A stretch of 64,000 bases of DNA from a bacterium (GCA_036339875.1 JAYZAC010000095.1:1-64000), one strand, 5' to 3'. Shown: positions 1 through 10,483, counted from the first letter of the stretch. Numbers and translations are program-made. The notes: a model not told the origin generated them from the letters alone.

Positions 1-43
1 ATTTTAGCGGATTATTTCACAGGCAGTATTTAAACACACCTTC

Positions 44-571
44 CTACAGCGACTCATGCAAAGAGCGCGGTTCGCCCTCATGCTCTTTAGGCATTGGCAA
101 AAACTGCTGCTGCTGAGCCATAATTGTCATCATCCTGTATAACCCTAGTTCACAGGGGAAGTTATCTAATTCATCGAGACTAGTAAAACAGAATTCACCG
201 ATTTCTGGCGAAATACAATCTATCATATCTGTTGGAGGACTCTTCAGCACCGCGAAGAAAGTTGTACGCATTTGATCCAAGCCTTCATGCCTATCAATAG
301 AGTAATCGACGTACAGACACCCTTGAATAGTCGCTTCCACACCAAAATCATCTCGCATGAAACGTTTTGCGGATTTTACAGAACTTTCTCCAAATCGAAT
401 CTCAGATTCCGGTAATGTCCACTGATGTGAATATTTATTCAACACCAGTAGGATTCTCTGCTGATCGTCCATCAGAAGAACACTACTTAGACGAACGGCA
501 GCGTCCGTTTCTGAGCTTTTATATTCCACTTTCTCTACAGTTTCCTCGTTTTCAAGAGTCTTAGAATGCAA
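44..571 (-). CDS. Nudix-fold protein with degenerate Nudix box
   Basis: ILLV...WTLPESEIRFGESSVKSAKRFMRDDFGV follows the spacing of GX5EX7REUXEEXGU but with substitutions. TTG start preceded by AGGAG. Confidence 0.7.
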   Translation of the reverse strand: MHSKTLENEETVEKVEYKSSETDAAVRLSSVLLMDDQQRILLVLNKYSHQWTLPESEIRFGESSVKSAKRFMRDDFGVEATIQGCLYVDYSIDRHEGLDQMRTTFFAVLKSPPTDMIDCISPEIGEFCFTSLDELDNFPCELGLYRMMTIMAQQQQFLPMPKEHEGEPRSLHESL

Positions 572-692
572 GGCTGTCTCCTCGTAACTTGCTATGATTT
601 CACTTTGCTAAAATGTAACCATCAAACTTCTAAAATTAATGGATGCAGACAAGGTACACCCTAGTACCCAGCCTAAGCAACCCGTTGACAAA

Positions 693-2894
693 TTAGTGTT
701 TTTGGGGTCTGACCACCCACATTAAACTCAAAGATAAAATCAAAAATGCTAGGACTCCCATGGATACTGCATTTTCGTGCAATGTACTACGTTTTATATC
801 TTTTGAATCTGCATAAATATAATTTCGATCCCAACGACCTTGTTTGAAATTTATTTTCGAAACCACACCATCTTTTGGGTGAAATTCCAAATTTACATCT
901 TTTTTCAATGGTGAATCAGTAGACTTACTCGCAAAATCTTGCCAATTTTGAGGAATGAATTTTTTTACAATTTGACCATCTTGCTTAAATTCGCCTGGAG
1001 TTTTAGCCACTAAAACTACTCCCGGCCGTTTTAGCAACTGTGCAGTATTAGCCAGAAAAGGATGATTATCTCGCGGTCCCACCATTACGGCTAATAGAAG
1101 ACCAATTAATGCCGCACCTGCAATCATTCCTGAGCAGTACAATACGCCTGCCTCGCGAGATGATTCTATTCCTTCTTTCTCTTTCTTACTATTAGCTCTC
1201 CAGTCAACCCACATGCGAATTAAGCCACCTGCCATAATCGGCGTAGAAAGTGACATAGGAAGGTATAATCCGACGGCAAATGCCAGCGAATTAATACCGA
1301 GCATTTCAACTAACATTGCAATGAATACTCCTGAAAGCACTAATGCCCAAGGTAAATTACTACCAATAACGCCATCGATTACTAATTTCATCAAATTAGC
1401 TTGTGGAGCAGACAAAGCACCACTGGTAATCTGATCCTTAAGAGCATACATAACCAATCCCATGGTCAACCCTGCAGCGATTACACCGACAAATTCGCCC
1501 ATTTGCTGACGACGAGGAGTTGCACCAACTAAGAATCCGGTTTTAAGATCCTGAGATGTATCCCCAGCAATTGCTGCAGCGATACAAACAAAGGCCCCCA
1601 CAGTTAAAATGGCTACTTTGACATCCGGTAAATTATCTAATCCTGCAAAAATAAACAACAAGCAGGTTAAAATTAAAGTTGCAATGGTCATACCAGATAC
1701 TGGATTTGAACTACTACCTAATAATCCAACAATCCGTGAAGAAACTGTTACAAAAAAGAATGAAAACACTACGATCAAAACAGCAGATACTGCAGCTGTT
1801 AAGAACATTGAATCAAACACTGTCGATCCAAGGTATACGGCAATAGCACATGCCAATCCAAGACTACCGAAAAGAATAAACCTCATAGGTAAGTCATTTT
1901 GTGTCCTTAAAGTACTTTTTCCACCAGATCCCATTCCTTTTAGGCCAGCGGTAAAGGATTCCACAATTACTGGAATACTCTTAATCAAAGCAAAAATCCC
2001 AGCAAAAGCAACCCCACCGGCACCAATATAACGAACATACTTTGACCATATCTGCCAAGGGCCCATATCTTTGAGAGCAACAGTAGTTTCTGGAAAAATA
2101 GGCGAAGAGATATGCTGCCCAAACATTGTAAATAAGGGTATTAAGACAAACCAACCCAGTAATCCACCAGCAAGCATAATCGCAGCAATTCGAGGACCAA
2201 TAATGTAACCGACCCCTAGTAATTCAGGAGTTATTTCACCTGCAACTATTGCGCCTGGATAACCCGGCACATGGGCTTCTGGTTCTTTAGTCCATAGACC
2301 AAAAGTTTCTTTACTCATTAAGAACTGATACAAGCCACCAATACCCATCCCTGCGAATAAAACTTTAGCTTTACCAGCTTCACCCTGACCTGCAACCAGA
2401 ACCTCTGCACAAGCAGTTCCCTCCGGATAAGGCAACTTCCCATGCTCGCGAACTATTAAAAAGCGACGCAATGGAATCATGAATAAGACTCCTAGCATTC
2501 CACCTAAAATACTAATCAGAACTAACTCTGATTTTGCTGGACTCAAACCCCATAAAAAAAATGCAGGGACTGTGAAAATTACTCCTGCAGCTAAAGACTC
2601 TCCTGCAGACCCAATAGTCTGTACCATATTAGTTTCAAGAATGGTGCCTCGACCCATAATCTTAAAAATTGCTACGGCCATAACTGCTGCGGGAATAGAG
2701 GCTGATACCGTTAATCCCACTTTTAGACCCAAATAGGCATTTGCCGCACCAAAAACAGCACCAATCAACGCTCCAATGATCATAGCTTTTGCTGTGAATT
2801 CGGCGATGTTCTCTTCAGGCCCCACGAATGGAGGATATTCCAGGCCGTCAATTACTTCGTAAGCTTTTGGAGAGAGTCTGTCTTTATTTTTCAT
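693..2894 (-). CDS. OPT-family oligopeptide transporter
   Basis: Motifs NAYLGLKVG, SASIPAAV, ETNMVQT, LPYPEGTACAEVL, SNPVSG, QDLKTG, GATP and APQANLM; many TM helices. Confidence 0.95.
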   Translation of the reverse strand: MKNKDRLSPKAYEVIDGLEYPPFVGPEENIAEFTAKAMIIGALIGAVFGAANAYLGLKVGLTVSASIPAAVMAVAIFKIMGRGTILETNMVQTIGSAGESLAAGVIFTVPAFFLWGLSPAKSELVLISILGGMLGVLFMIPLRRFLIVREHGKLPYPEGTACAEVLVAGQGEAGKAKVLFAGMGIGGLYQFLMSKETFGLWTKEPEAHVPGYPGAIVAGEITPELLGVGYIIGPRIAAIMLAGGLLGWFVLIPLFTMFGQHISSPIFPETTVALKDMGPWQIWSKYVRYIGAGGVAFAGIFALIKSIPVIVESFTAGLKGMGSGGKSTLRTQNDLPMRFILFGSLGLACAIAVYLGSTVFDSMFLTAAVSAVLIVVFSFFFVTVSSRIVGLLGSSSNPVSGMTIATLILTCLLFIFAGLDNLPDVKVAILTVGAFVCIAAAIAGDTSQDLKTGFLVGATPRRQQMGEFVGVIAAGLTMGLVMYALKDQITSGALSAPQANLMKLVIDGVIGSNLPWALVLSGVFIAMLVEMLGINSLAFAVGLYLPMSLSTPIMAGGLIRMWVDWRANSKKEKEGIESSREAGVLYCSGMIAGAALIGLLLAVMVGPRDNHPFLANTAQLLKRPGVVLVAKTPGEFKQDGQIVKKFIPQNWQDFASKSTDSPLKKDVNLEFHPKDGVVSKINFKQGRWDRNYIYADSKDIKRSTLHENAVSMGVLAFLILSLSLMWVVRPQKH

Positions 2895-2931
2895 AGAAGT
2901 TTCCTTGTAAGCCCCTTAAAGAGAGCGGTAT

Positions 2932-2959
2932 AGTTTACGGCACAAAAAATCCATGTCAA
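2932..2959 (-). promoter_or_regulatory. Candidate sigma70-type promoter for the OPT gene
   Basis: Minus strand TTGACA-N16-TAAACT in the divergent OPT/pgk intergenic region. Confidence 0.45.
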
Positions 2960-3037
2960 GGAACAATTTTTAGCCATTTATTAGCTTGCAATATCACCAT
3001 AGTTTGAATGTATTATTGTGCCTAATTGGAGGCCTTC

Positions 3038-4210
3038 GTGAAAACTAAAAATACTTTACAATCTTTACCATTAGATAATTCAACCGTATTTCTAAGGGCA
3101 GATCTTAACGTGCCACTAGATGGATCTGAAATTCGTGATCAAACTCGAATTCTGGCAAGCTTGCCCACAATTCAGCATTTACTCAATCGAAAATGCTTGA
3201 TCGTTCTGGCGTCTCATCTTGGTCGTCCAAAAGGGAAACCTAACCCACAAATGTCCTTACTTCCAGTAGCTGAAAAACTAAAAGAATTACTTGATTATCC
3301 TGTTTATTTTGCCTCCGATTGTATTGGTGAAACTGTCAATAAATTAGTAGAAAATCACCAAGGTGAAACTGCCGTAATTGTTCTAGAGAATCTAAGATTT
3401 TACAAAGGTGAAACGGAAAATGACTCTGATTTTGCAGCTCAGCTAGCCGAAAATGCATCCTTCTATGTTAATGATGCTTTTGGTACAGCTCATCGTGCTC
3501 ATGCCTCCACATTTGGTGTGGCGCAATTACTTCCAAGTGCACCGGGACTATTACTACAGAAAGAAATTCAATATCTAGGCGGTATCTTCGAAGCGCCCCA
3601 ACGACCTTTAGTTACAATTCTTGGCGGATCAAAAGTAAGTACTAAGTTAACGGTCCTCAAAAGCTTGCTAGAAACCTCTGACAAAGTATTATTAGGCGGC
3701 GGTATGATATTCACCTTTTACAAAGCAATGGGCTTGAATATCGGTAAGTCTCTCTGTGAAGATGATTTCATTGAACAAGCTAATCAACTACTCCAGGGGT
3801 ATGCTGACAAACTAATTCTTCCTGAAGATATTCGAGTTTGTAACGAAATAAAGGAAGGTGCAGAGGTAAAAGTGGTTGCTAAAGATAATATTCCACAAGA
3901 CTTACTGGGCGTAGATATAGGACCCCAAACTGAAACAAATTACCAAAATATTCTAAGTGATTCTAAGACTGTACTTTGGAATGGTCCAATGGGTATTTTT
4001 GAAATTGAAGTCTTTGCTAATGGTACAAGAGCTATTTGCGAAGCTCTGGCTGAACTAGATGCCAATACAATAGTCGGTGGTGGTGATTCTGTAGCCGCAG
4101 TTACTCAAATGGGATACGAGACCAAAATGAGTCACATAAGCACTGGGGGCGGAGCATCGTTAGAATTCTTGGAAGGTAAAGAACTTCCAGGTGTAGCAGC
4201 ACTGAGTTAG
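3038..4210 (+). CDS. pgk: Phosphoglycerate kinase
   Basis: RADLNVP, SHLGRP, LENLRF, NDAFGTAHRAHAS, WNGPMG, GGGDS, STGGGASLEFLEG. Start moved to GTG 3038, which follows GGAGG. Confidence 0.98.
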   Translation: MKTKNTLQSLPLDNSTVFLRADLNVPLDGSEIRDQTRILASLPTIQHLLNRKCLIVLASHLGRPKGKPNPQMSLLPVAEKLKELLDYPVYFASDCIGETVNKLVENHQGETAVIVLENLRFYKGETENDSDFAAQLAENASFYVNDAFGTAHRAHASTFGVAQLLPSAPGLLLQKEIQYLGGIFEAPQRPLVTILGGSKVSTKLTVLKSLLETSDKVLLGGGMIFTFYKAMGLNIGKSLCEDDFIEQANQLLQGYADKLILPEDIRVCNEIKEGAEVKVVAKDNIPQDLLGVDIGPQTETNYQNILSDSKTVLWNGPMGIFEIEVFANGTRAICEALAELDANTIVGGGDSVAAVTQMGYETKMSHISTGGGASLEFLEGKELPGVAALS

Positions 4211-4229
4211 TACAGCAATAGATATTTTA

Positions 4230-5627
4230 TTAACCTATGAAAATACCTGCTATCGTTGCAGTAGTACAGGTTACAAGCACACCCGCAAACATAGCACTCA
4301 AACCCATTTGTGCAAGGTCAGCCTTTCTATTCGGAGCGATCCCACCGATTCCACCAATTTGAATACCAACGCTGGCGAAGTTGGCAAAGCCACACAAGGC
4401 GTATGACGCCAGAATTTGGGTACGATAACTAATCTCACCATTGGCAACTAACTCACTCAAGTGAAAATAGGCAAGCAATTCAGTCAAAACAACCTTCTCA
4501 CCCAACATTAATCCCATCACAGCACAATCCTGACTGGGTACTCCCATCAACCAAGCGAAAGGTGTGAAAATCCATCCTAAAATATTAGTAAATGAAATAA
4601 CCATTGTGGTACCTGTGATCGATTGAACAAGCGGCGTGATTAAATCTACGAAAAATGAGTTGAGCATTGCCACAAGCGCTACGAATGCAATCAACATCCC
4701 AACAATATTTATCACCAACTGCGTACCCTCTCCAGCACCTCTGGCAGCAGCTTCGATAGCATTACCATCAAGTACTTCCACTTCCGTCTTTAACTCTCCC
4801 ATAGTTTCAGATTCTTCGGTTTCAGGATAAATAATTTTAGATATCACCAAAGCACCGGGGGCAGCCATAGTGGATGCTGTCACTAAATGACCCGCTATTC
4901 CAGGAATACCACTTAAGACGGCCGCATACATGGCTAAAACGCCACCAGCCACAGTCCCGAAACCACCTGTCATCACAGCATGAAGTTCACTCCGAGTCAT
5001 ACCCGATATAAAAGGCTTAATGACAAGTGGAGCTTCTGTTTGACCCATGAAGATATTCGCAGAGCAAGATGTTGTTTCAGAGCCCGAAGTACCCATAACC
5101 TTTTGCACGACTCGAGCGATAACTCTTACAATAGGCTGCATAACACCAAAGAAATATAGCAACGACATTATAGATGAGAAGAAAATTACTGTAGGTAAAA
5201 CCCAAAAAGCAAAAGTTTTTACTGCAGGATTCGTTCTACCTATAACTGTAGTTTGCTGCAGCTCCTTTATTTGATTACCGCTAGCATCCAATAGTACTTT
5301 TCCATCCGGACCTTTTTTAACAACATATTCAAGAGCACCATGCTTATCTACAGACTGAAAAACAAAATCTGCCCCCTTCTCCGAAAATCCCAATAATTTT
5401 TGTACAAAGGAGTCAATAGGTTTGAAAACATAATGTTGTACTGGAGGCTGAAGAACTACCAAGGCTACAAACACTTGAATTAAAAGTCCTGCTCCAACCA
5501 ACCGCCAATTTACTGGCTTTGGATTTTTTCGGTGAATCCAACGATTGAGTCCATAGGCAATTAAGATGAAACCAAATACCCCTAGAACGTTAAAAGCGTT
5601 GAATGTGAGTGTTACTTCAGTTTCCAA
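4230..5627 (-). CDS. nupC: NupC/CNT-family concentrative nucleoside transporter
   Basis: ANIFMGQTEAPL, MTRSELHAVMTGGF, ALCGFANFAS. TTG start after AGGAG. Confidence 0.93.
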   Translation of the reverse strand: METEVTLTFNAFNVLGVFGFILIAYGLNRWIHRKNPKPVNWRLVGAGLLIQVFVALVVLQPPVQHYVFKPIDSFVQKLLGFSEKGADFVFQSVDKHGALEYVVKKGPDGKVLLDASGNQIKELQQTTVIGRTNPAVKTFAFWVLPTVIFFSSIMSLLYFFGVMQPIVRVIARVVQKVMGTSGSETTSCSANIFMGQTEAPLVIKPFISGMTRSELHAVMTGGFGTVAGGVLAMYAAVLSGIPGIAGHLVTASTMAAPGALVISKIIYPETEESETMGELKTEVEVLDGNAIEAAARGAGEGTQLVINIVGMLIAFVALVAMLNSFFVDLITPLVQSITGTTMVISFTNILGWIFTPFAWLMGVPSQDCAVMGLMLGEKVVLTELLAYFHLSELVANGEISYRTQILASYALCGFANFASVGIQIGGIGGIAPNRKADLAQMGLSAMFAGVLVTCTTATIAGIFIG

Positions 5628-5651
5628 AATAACTCCTATCGTACTTTGGTA

Positions 5652-6521
5652 CTACTTATCAGTGTCTCTATGGTGACGTGTCCAATAAATTGTTTCTGAT
5701 TCGAGCTGCAGCTCTTCATACAATCTTTCAACCACAGCTACAGACCTATGATGTCCACCAGTACATCCTATTCCTACTGTAAGGGTACGACGACCCTCGT
5801 GTTCATAATCTGGGAGCATACCCGAAATAAACTCTTTAATTCGAGCTAATGCATTTAGATGTTCAGGCTTGTCCTTAAACAGAAAATTCTGAATTTCAGG
5901 ATCAGTACCTCGTTTAGAACGAAGACTTTCCATGTAGAAAGGATTTTCCATGAAACGAACATCTATTACTAGATCGCAATCATCGGGCGTACCATGCTTA
6001 AATCCAAAACTTTTGATAGCTACATGTAATTGTAAATCAGATTGATCATCTCTAACCACGGCCAGAATCTTATTATGTAAGTTTCGAGTTTTTAATGCCG
6101 AAGTGTCCAAAACCATATCAGCGTTATCTAGTAAATCTCTTAAAAGTCTACGCTCTTTTTGTATAGCCTCCAGTAGATTTCCTTTATACAAAGGATGCCT
6201 TCGACGAGTCTCCTTAAAACGTTTCACTAGAATATGATCTTCGCAATTCAAAAAAATTAAACGAAAAGGAATCTGGTGAATGTCTAAAATTTTAAGAGAA
6301 CCAATAATTCTTGAAAACTGCGCGCCAGAGCGCATATCAACAGCCAAAGCGACTTTCTGTCGCGATTCTGAGGTTTCTGCTAGAAGTTCAAAGAATTTGT
6401 CAAATAGTGCAGCTGGCAAATTATCTACGCAATAGAATCCCGAATCCTCCAGTGCATTGAGCACGGTACTTTTCCCAGCTCCCGCCATCCCTGTTACCAG
6501 ATAAAAGATACGTTGATTCAT
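5652..6521 (-). CDS. rapZ: RNase adapter RapZ/YvcJ (P-loop protein)
   Basis: TGMAGAGKS, CVDNLP, ETRRRHPL, SFGFKHG, DVRF, IGCTGGHHRSV. Confidence 0.95.
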   Translation of the reverse strand: MNQRIFYLVTGMAGAGKSTVLNALEDSGFYCVDNLPAALFDKFFELLAETSESRQKVALAVDMRSGAQFSRIIGSLKILDIHQIPFRLIFLNCEDHILVKRFKETRRRHPLYKGNLLEAIQKERRLLRDLLDNADMVLDTSALKTRNLHNKILAVVRDDQSDLQLHVAIKSFGFKHGTPDDCDLVIDVRFMENPFYMESLRSKRGTDPEIQNFLFKDKPEHLNALARIKEFISGMLPDYEHEGRRTLTVGIGCTGGHHRSVAVVERLYEELQLESETIYWTRHHRDTDK

Positions 6522-6997
6522 TTCAAGTAGTCTATCAGTAGACCTTTGATGTTATCAACTGATGCCGCTATCTCAATATTTGGCTTTTGCTTACCCATCA
6601 AAGTTTCAGTTAAAATTTTCAGCTCTTGATCAATCACTCGTGAAAGGTGCAATTGTTTGACCGTACCCGATTGATCCTCACCAACAAAATTGCGGTTATT
6701 AAATGCTCCTTGAAATTTCTTGAGTATTTGACGTACTTTTTCACGAAAACGATGCAATGACTCCATATTTTTTTTGAGAGACAATTCTCGGCCTAGAAAA
6801 TCTATCTCTACTAATGCCGCATCAATTTGTTCTTGAGTACTCAATTCATTAGAGTTCTCATGAGTCTCCAAGGAGTCACTACCTAGCAACTTTGAAAATA
6901 AACTTTTTCCAATCTGTTTTAAATCTTTGTTTTGCTTACGATCTTTTCCAGATGATATGGATTTATTCGACTTGGTAATTTTTGAATCGATCTTCAT
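6518..6997 (-). CDS. YaaR/DUF327-family protein
   Basis: Helical protein ending VDNIKGLLID. Lies directly after tmk, as yaaR does in Firmicutes. 4-bp overlaps at both ends. Confidence 0.7.
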   Translation of the reverse strand: MKIDSKITKSNKSISSGKDRKQNKDLKQIGKSLFSKLLGSDSLETHENSNELSTQEQIDAALVEIDFLGRELSLKKNMESLHRFREKVRQILKKFQGAFNNRNFVGEDQSGTVKQLHLSRVIDQELKILTETLMGKQKPNIEIAASVDNIKGLLIDYLK

Positions 6998-7617
6998 TTA
7001 AGAATCCGAATAACACGCGAATAAATATCCTCGTGGATTGTGGATAAAGTTCGACTTCCATCTACGAGAAAATATCTATCATCTTCAGTAGATAAAGTCT
7101 TAAAACCTTCTCGTACTTGCTTGTGGAACTCTTTTCCTGCAGATTCGATCCTATCAAGCCCTGCTTTAAGGGCTGCTCTTTCAAGACCCTCCGCCGAGTC
7201 AATATCTATAATTACAGTGAGATCTGGATACCTACCCATAATGGCAAATTGGTTCATTAATTGTATGGTTTTTACTGGTAAACCTCTACCATAACCTTGG
7301 TACGCCGTAGTTGAATCAATAAAGCGATCACAGAGCACAACGCAACCTTGAGCAAGAGCTGGTAGAATTAACTTTTTTACATGCTCCGCCCGAGAAGCTA
7401 ACATAAGAAACAATTCGGTTTCACAACAAATTTGATCATACTTTTCAGATAATAAAATTTCCCGTAGTTTAGCCGAAAGTGGGGAGCCACCACCTGGTTC
7501 AAAAGTTCTTACAACACTAATATCGGACTTTTTAAGGCGTTCCTCTAACAAACCAATCTGAGTACTCTTTCCTGCTCCTTCAGGTCCTTCAAAAGTAATC
7601 AAAGTTCCTAGGGTCAT
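6994..7617 (-). CDS. tmk: Thymidylate kinase
   Basis: ITFEGPEGAGKSTQ, EPGG, LCDRFIDSTTAYQGYGRGL, DRIE. Confidence 0.97.
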   Translation of the reverse strand: MTLGTLITFEGPEGAGKSTQIGLLEERLKKSDISVVRTFEPGGGSPLSAKLREILLSEKYDQICCETELFLMLASRAEHVKKLILPALAQGCVVLCDRFIDSTTAYQGYGRGLPVKTIQLMNQFAIMGRYPDLTVIIDIDSAEGLERAALKAGLDRIESAGKEFHKQVREGFKTLSTEDDRYFLVDGSRTLSTIHEDIYSRVIRILK

Positions 7618-10370
7618 ACAATCCTTTGCAGAAGCTCTACCACTTTATGAAAATTTTCGACGCTGACAGGATTCTCAATACACTTCAAGAAATAATGGTA
7701 AGCCTTACGCATATCTCCCTGTTGGTACCAATACTGCCCTAACGACAAATTAGCCTCTTCCAATTGAGGGTTCATAGTAATGGACTTCAAAAGGTATTTA
7801 TATCCATCATGAATATCTTGTTCACATTCAACACAAATTTTACCTAAATAATAAGATAAAGATTCATGATTAGAATTTTCGCTTAACCCTTTTTCAAGAA
7901 GAGTCCGTTGCTTGGAATAAACATGAGTAATCTCTCGAGGGTTCATGGAAGCCGCAAATAACGGAACTTTCAAGGCTTGGATTATAAAATTAGGATGGTT
8001 CTCCGATTGCCTTAAAGCTCTTTGGAAAGCCTTACTACATTTCGAATACATTTCTTGCGATTGCATCGCAACACCAAAATGGTATAGAGCTAATGCCATA
8101 TCCAAAGTTACTAAAGCATCATCGCTGTGATTCTGACACTCATACTGATAACTCTTAAGTATTTGCAAAGCCTCATCATGATTTCCACCAGCTCTTTTCC
8201 AGCGAGCAACCTCTAACTGTAGAGATAAATCTCTGAGTTCTAAAGCATCGGGACTATCTCGAATGTAATCTAAGGAAGTTTGGTATCCTTCATCTAAATA
8301 ACCGCAACGAATAAGTTCTCTAAGGTATAGCTCTCGAGATCTTAAACTTTGATCATGACGCACCCAGTCCCGTAAAATACCCAGAAGCTCCGTGTAGTCA
8401 TAATCCATTAGATAAACCATGTATAGACCTTGATAGGCGTGAGGAAAATAGCGCAAAAATTCTTTATCTGAAAGAATTGCGTTAAAACCTTCTCTCGCAC
8501 GATAAGTCCACATACTGGAATCAAGTAAATGTGAACCTAAGTATAAATAGTTGTATGAACTACGCAGCAGGACTAGTGGATCGTTTGTATCCCGAGCCTT
8601 ATCTTGCCAATGTATAAGTATGTCTTCAAAAAAATCTACATCAAAACTTTTATCTGTTAGCAGGTGCCTCAACATTCTAACCTGCTGAAGCTGTAAACGA
8701 ACATCATCAGAATTAGCATCTAGAAGCTTAGTACCTAGATCAAGACCCACTTCAAAATCATTATGGGTAAAGGCTAAATGAATACGGCGACCCTCCAACT
8801 CAACTACTTTATCTGGTTCGCATAAATTAGTAGCTCGCTCCAAAGCCTGAAGAGCTTCCACATAAAAGCCTTCCACTCCGGCTAATGTTCCCCACTGTTC
8901 CAACCAATCCACATTATCTGGTACTTTTTCGTTCAATTTTCTAAATAACTCTAATGCAGCCTTAAAATTTCCTGCAGCTAATGATTTACTGGCTTCTTTG
9001 AAACATTTATACGTTTCTCTGTACGAACGATCTTTGTCTATTAAACCTTTGACATATTCTTGTAAATCACGACTTGGAAAGTTGCCCTGAATCGATCTGA
9101 ACCATTGAATAGCTTGTGCATGACGTCCTAATCTAACTAAAATTTCACCCTTGAGCATGCACCATTCTTCACGAGGTTCTTCTAGTTTCAATGCCTGCTC
9201 GATAGCGTCAAGGGCTTTTGCTGGCCTATCCGCAAAATAGAGACGACACAATCTGTAGTATAGATCGGCTTCGCGAGGAAACATCCTACGACCATCCTCA
9301 AGCATATCTTCAAGCATTTCGAAGTCGCCGCGCTCGCGATTAAATTCAGCCCACTCGATATAAATCGAGTAGTTTGATTCCATTTCAAAAAGTTTTTTGT
9401 AACCATCCTGAACTTCATCCCATAACTTTAATTTGGAATTGAGTAGGATCCATTTACGCTGAACAGACTCATCACTGTCATATCGGCGTATATAGGTTTG
9501 GAGTAATTCAGTCGCTTTATCATATCGATGCTCACCTATTAAACAGTCGACAAGCATACTTATTTTACGCTGTCCCAATTCATCATGATCAGGCAAAAGA
9601 GATAGCAATTGCATAGCTTGTGGATACAGTTCTTCTTTAACATATACCTCTGCAAGCTGCACTCTGACTTGTAAGTCATCCGGATCAACTTTTTGAACTT
9701 GCTTTAGATTCTCAATTACTTTACCCGTTTGACCTGAATAAGAATAACAGCTGGCCAGATGTAAGAAAATTTCTTTACTATGACTTGCAACCAACTTTGC
9801 TCTTTCCAGAATACCAATCGCTCTATCATATTCTTTCAAACGCATCAAAAGCTGACTAAACTCTAACAATGCTGCTTTCGAAAGTGGATCTATTTTGAGA
9901 GTTTTTTCGAAAAATCTACTTGCGTTATCCCATTCTGATAATTGCACATATAAGCGTGCAATCTGAACCGTTAACTGCTCATTCCTTGGATGATGAAGAC
10001 ACATGATCCTCAATTCATCAACAGCCTCATTAACAAGATTATTTCGCAAATAATGAGCAACTATTTGAGTCCCTATATTCAAATCACTAGGTTGCAAGCT
10101 TTTGTGTAAAAGAAGAGTTTCTAAATCTACTACCGGAGCCTTTTCTATCTTGATAGATCGTTTTTGCAACTCGTCAGACAAATCATCGTCAGATGCTAGC
10201 GTTTCATCTCTAGTGTTTATCTTCAGGGCTTTCTTCGAAGATGTAGTTCCTACCTCGGTTTCAAGCTTAAGTGCTTTAAGCGCAGCCAAGCGCTCACTTT
10301 CTTCCATAGAAGGAAAACTGTCCCCTCCATTTTCAACGATATTCTGCTTTGACTCAGGATTTAGTGACAT
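7614..10370 (-). CDS. Large soluble TPR-repeat protein (918 aa)
   Basis: Many TPR-like helical repeats (e.g. A..FFEKTLKIDP, A.DAIEQALKLE). Acidic, probably disordered N-terminus. No TM segment. Confidence 0.8.
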   Translation of the reverse strand: MSLNPESKQNIVENGGDSFPSMEESERLAALKALKLETEVGTTSSKKALKINTRDETLASDDDLSDELQKRSIKIEKAPVVDLETLLLHKSLQPSDLNIGTQIVAHYLRNNLVNEAVDELRIMCLHHPRNEQLTVQIARLYVQLSEWDNASRFFEKTLKIDPLSKAALLEFSQLLMRLKEYDRAIGILERAKLVASHSKEIFLHLASCYSYSGQTGKVIENLKQVQKVDPDDLQVRVQLAEVYVKEELYPQAMQLLSLLPDHDELGQRKISMLVDCLIGEHRYDKATELLQTYIRRYDSDESVQRKWILLNSKLKLWDEVQDGYKKLFEMESNYSIYIEWAEFNRERGDFEMLEDMLEDGRRMFPREADLYYRLCRLYFADRPAKALDAIEQALKLEEPREEWCMLKGEILVRLGRHAQAIQWFRSIQGNFPSRDLQEYVKGLIDKDRSYRETYKCFKEASKSLAAGNFKAALELFRKLNEKVPDNVDWLEQWGTLAGVEGFYVEALQALERATNLCEPDKVVELEGRRIHLAFTHNDFEVGLDLGTKLLDANSDDVRLQLQQVRMLRHLLTDKSFDVDFFEDILIHWQDKARDTNDPLVLLRSSYNYLYLGSHLLDSSMWTYRAREGFNAILSDKEFLRYFPHAYQGLYMVYLMDYDYTELLGILRDWVRHDQSLRSRELYLRELIRCGYLDEGYQTSLDYIRDSPDALELRDLSLQLEVARWKRAGGNHDEALQILKSYQYECQNHSDDALVTLDMALALYHFGVAMQSQEMYSKCSKAFQRALRQSENHPNFIIQALKVPLFAASMNPREITHVYSKQRTLLEKGLSENSNHESLSYYLGKICVECEQDIHDGYKYLLKSITMNPQLEEANLSLGQYWYQQGDMRKAYHYFLKCIENPVSVENFHKVVELLQRIV

Positions 10371-10483
10371 TCTAAATGAAAACTCCGCAATCTGAAAACT
10401 CTATAAACGACAAATTGACTATTAAATTTACTAAAATTGTTTGCCTTCGTGAGTGTAATTGATTTCAGGTCATGGCACAAGCA

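Noticed and set aside
1213..2736. Plus-strand ORFs opposite the OPT gene (1213, 1609, 2479)
   Set aside because: Antisense shadows of a well-supported membrane protein gene, with no motifs of their own.
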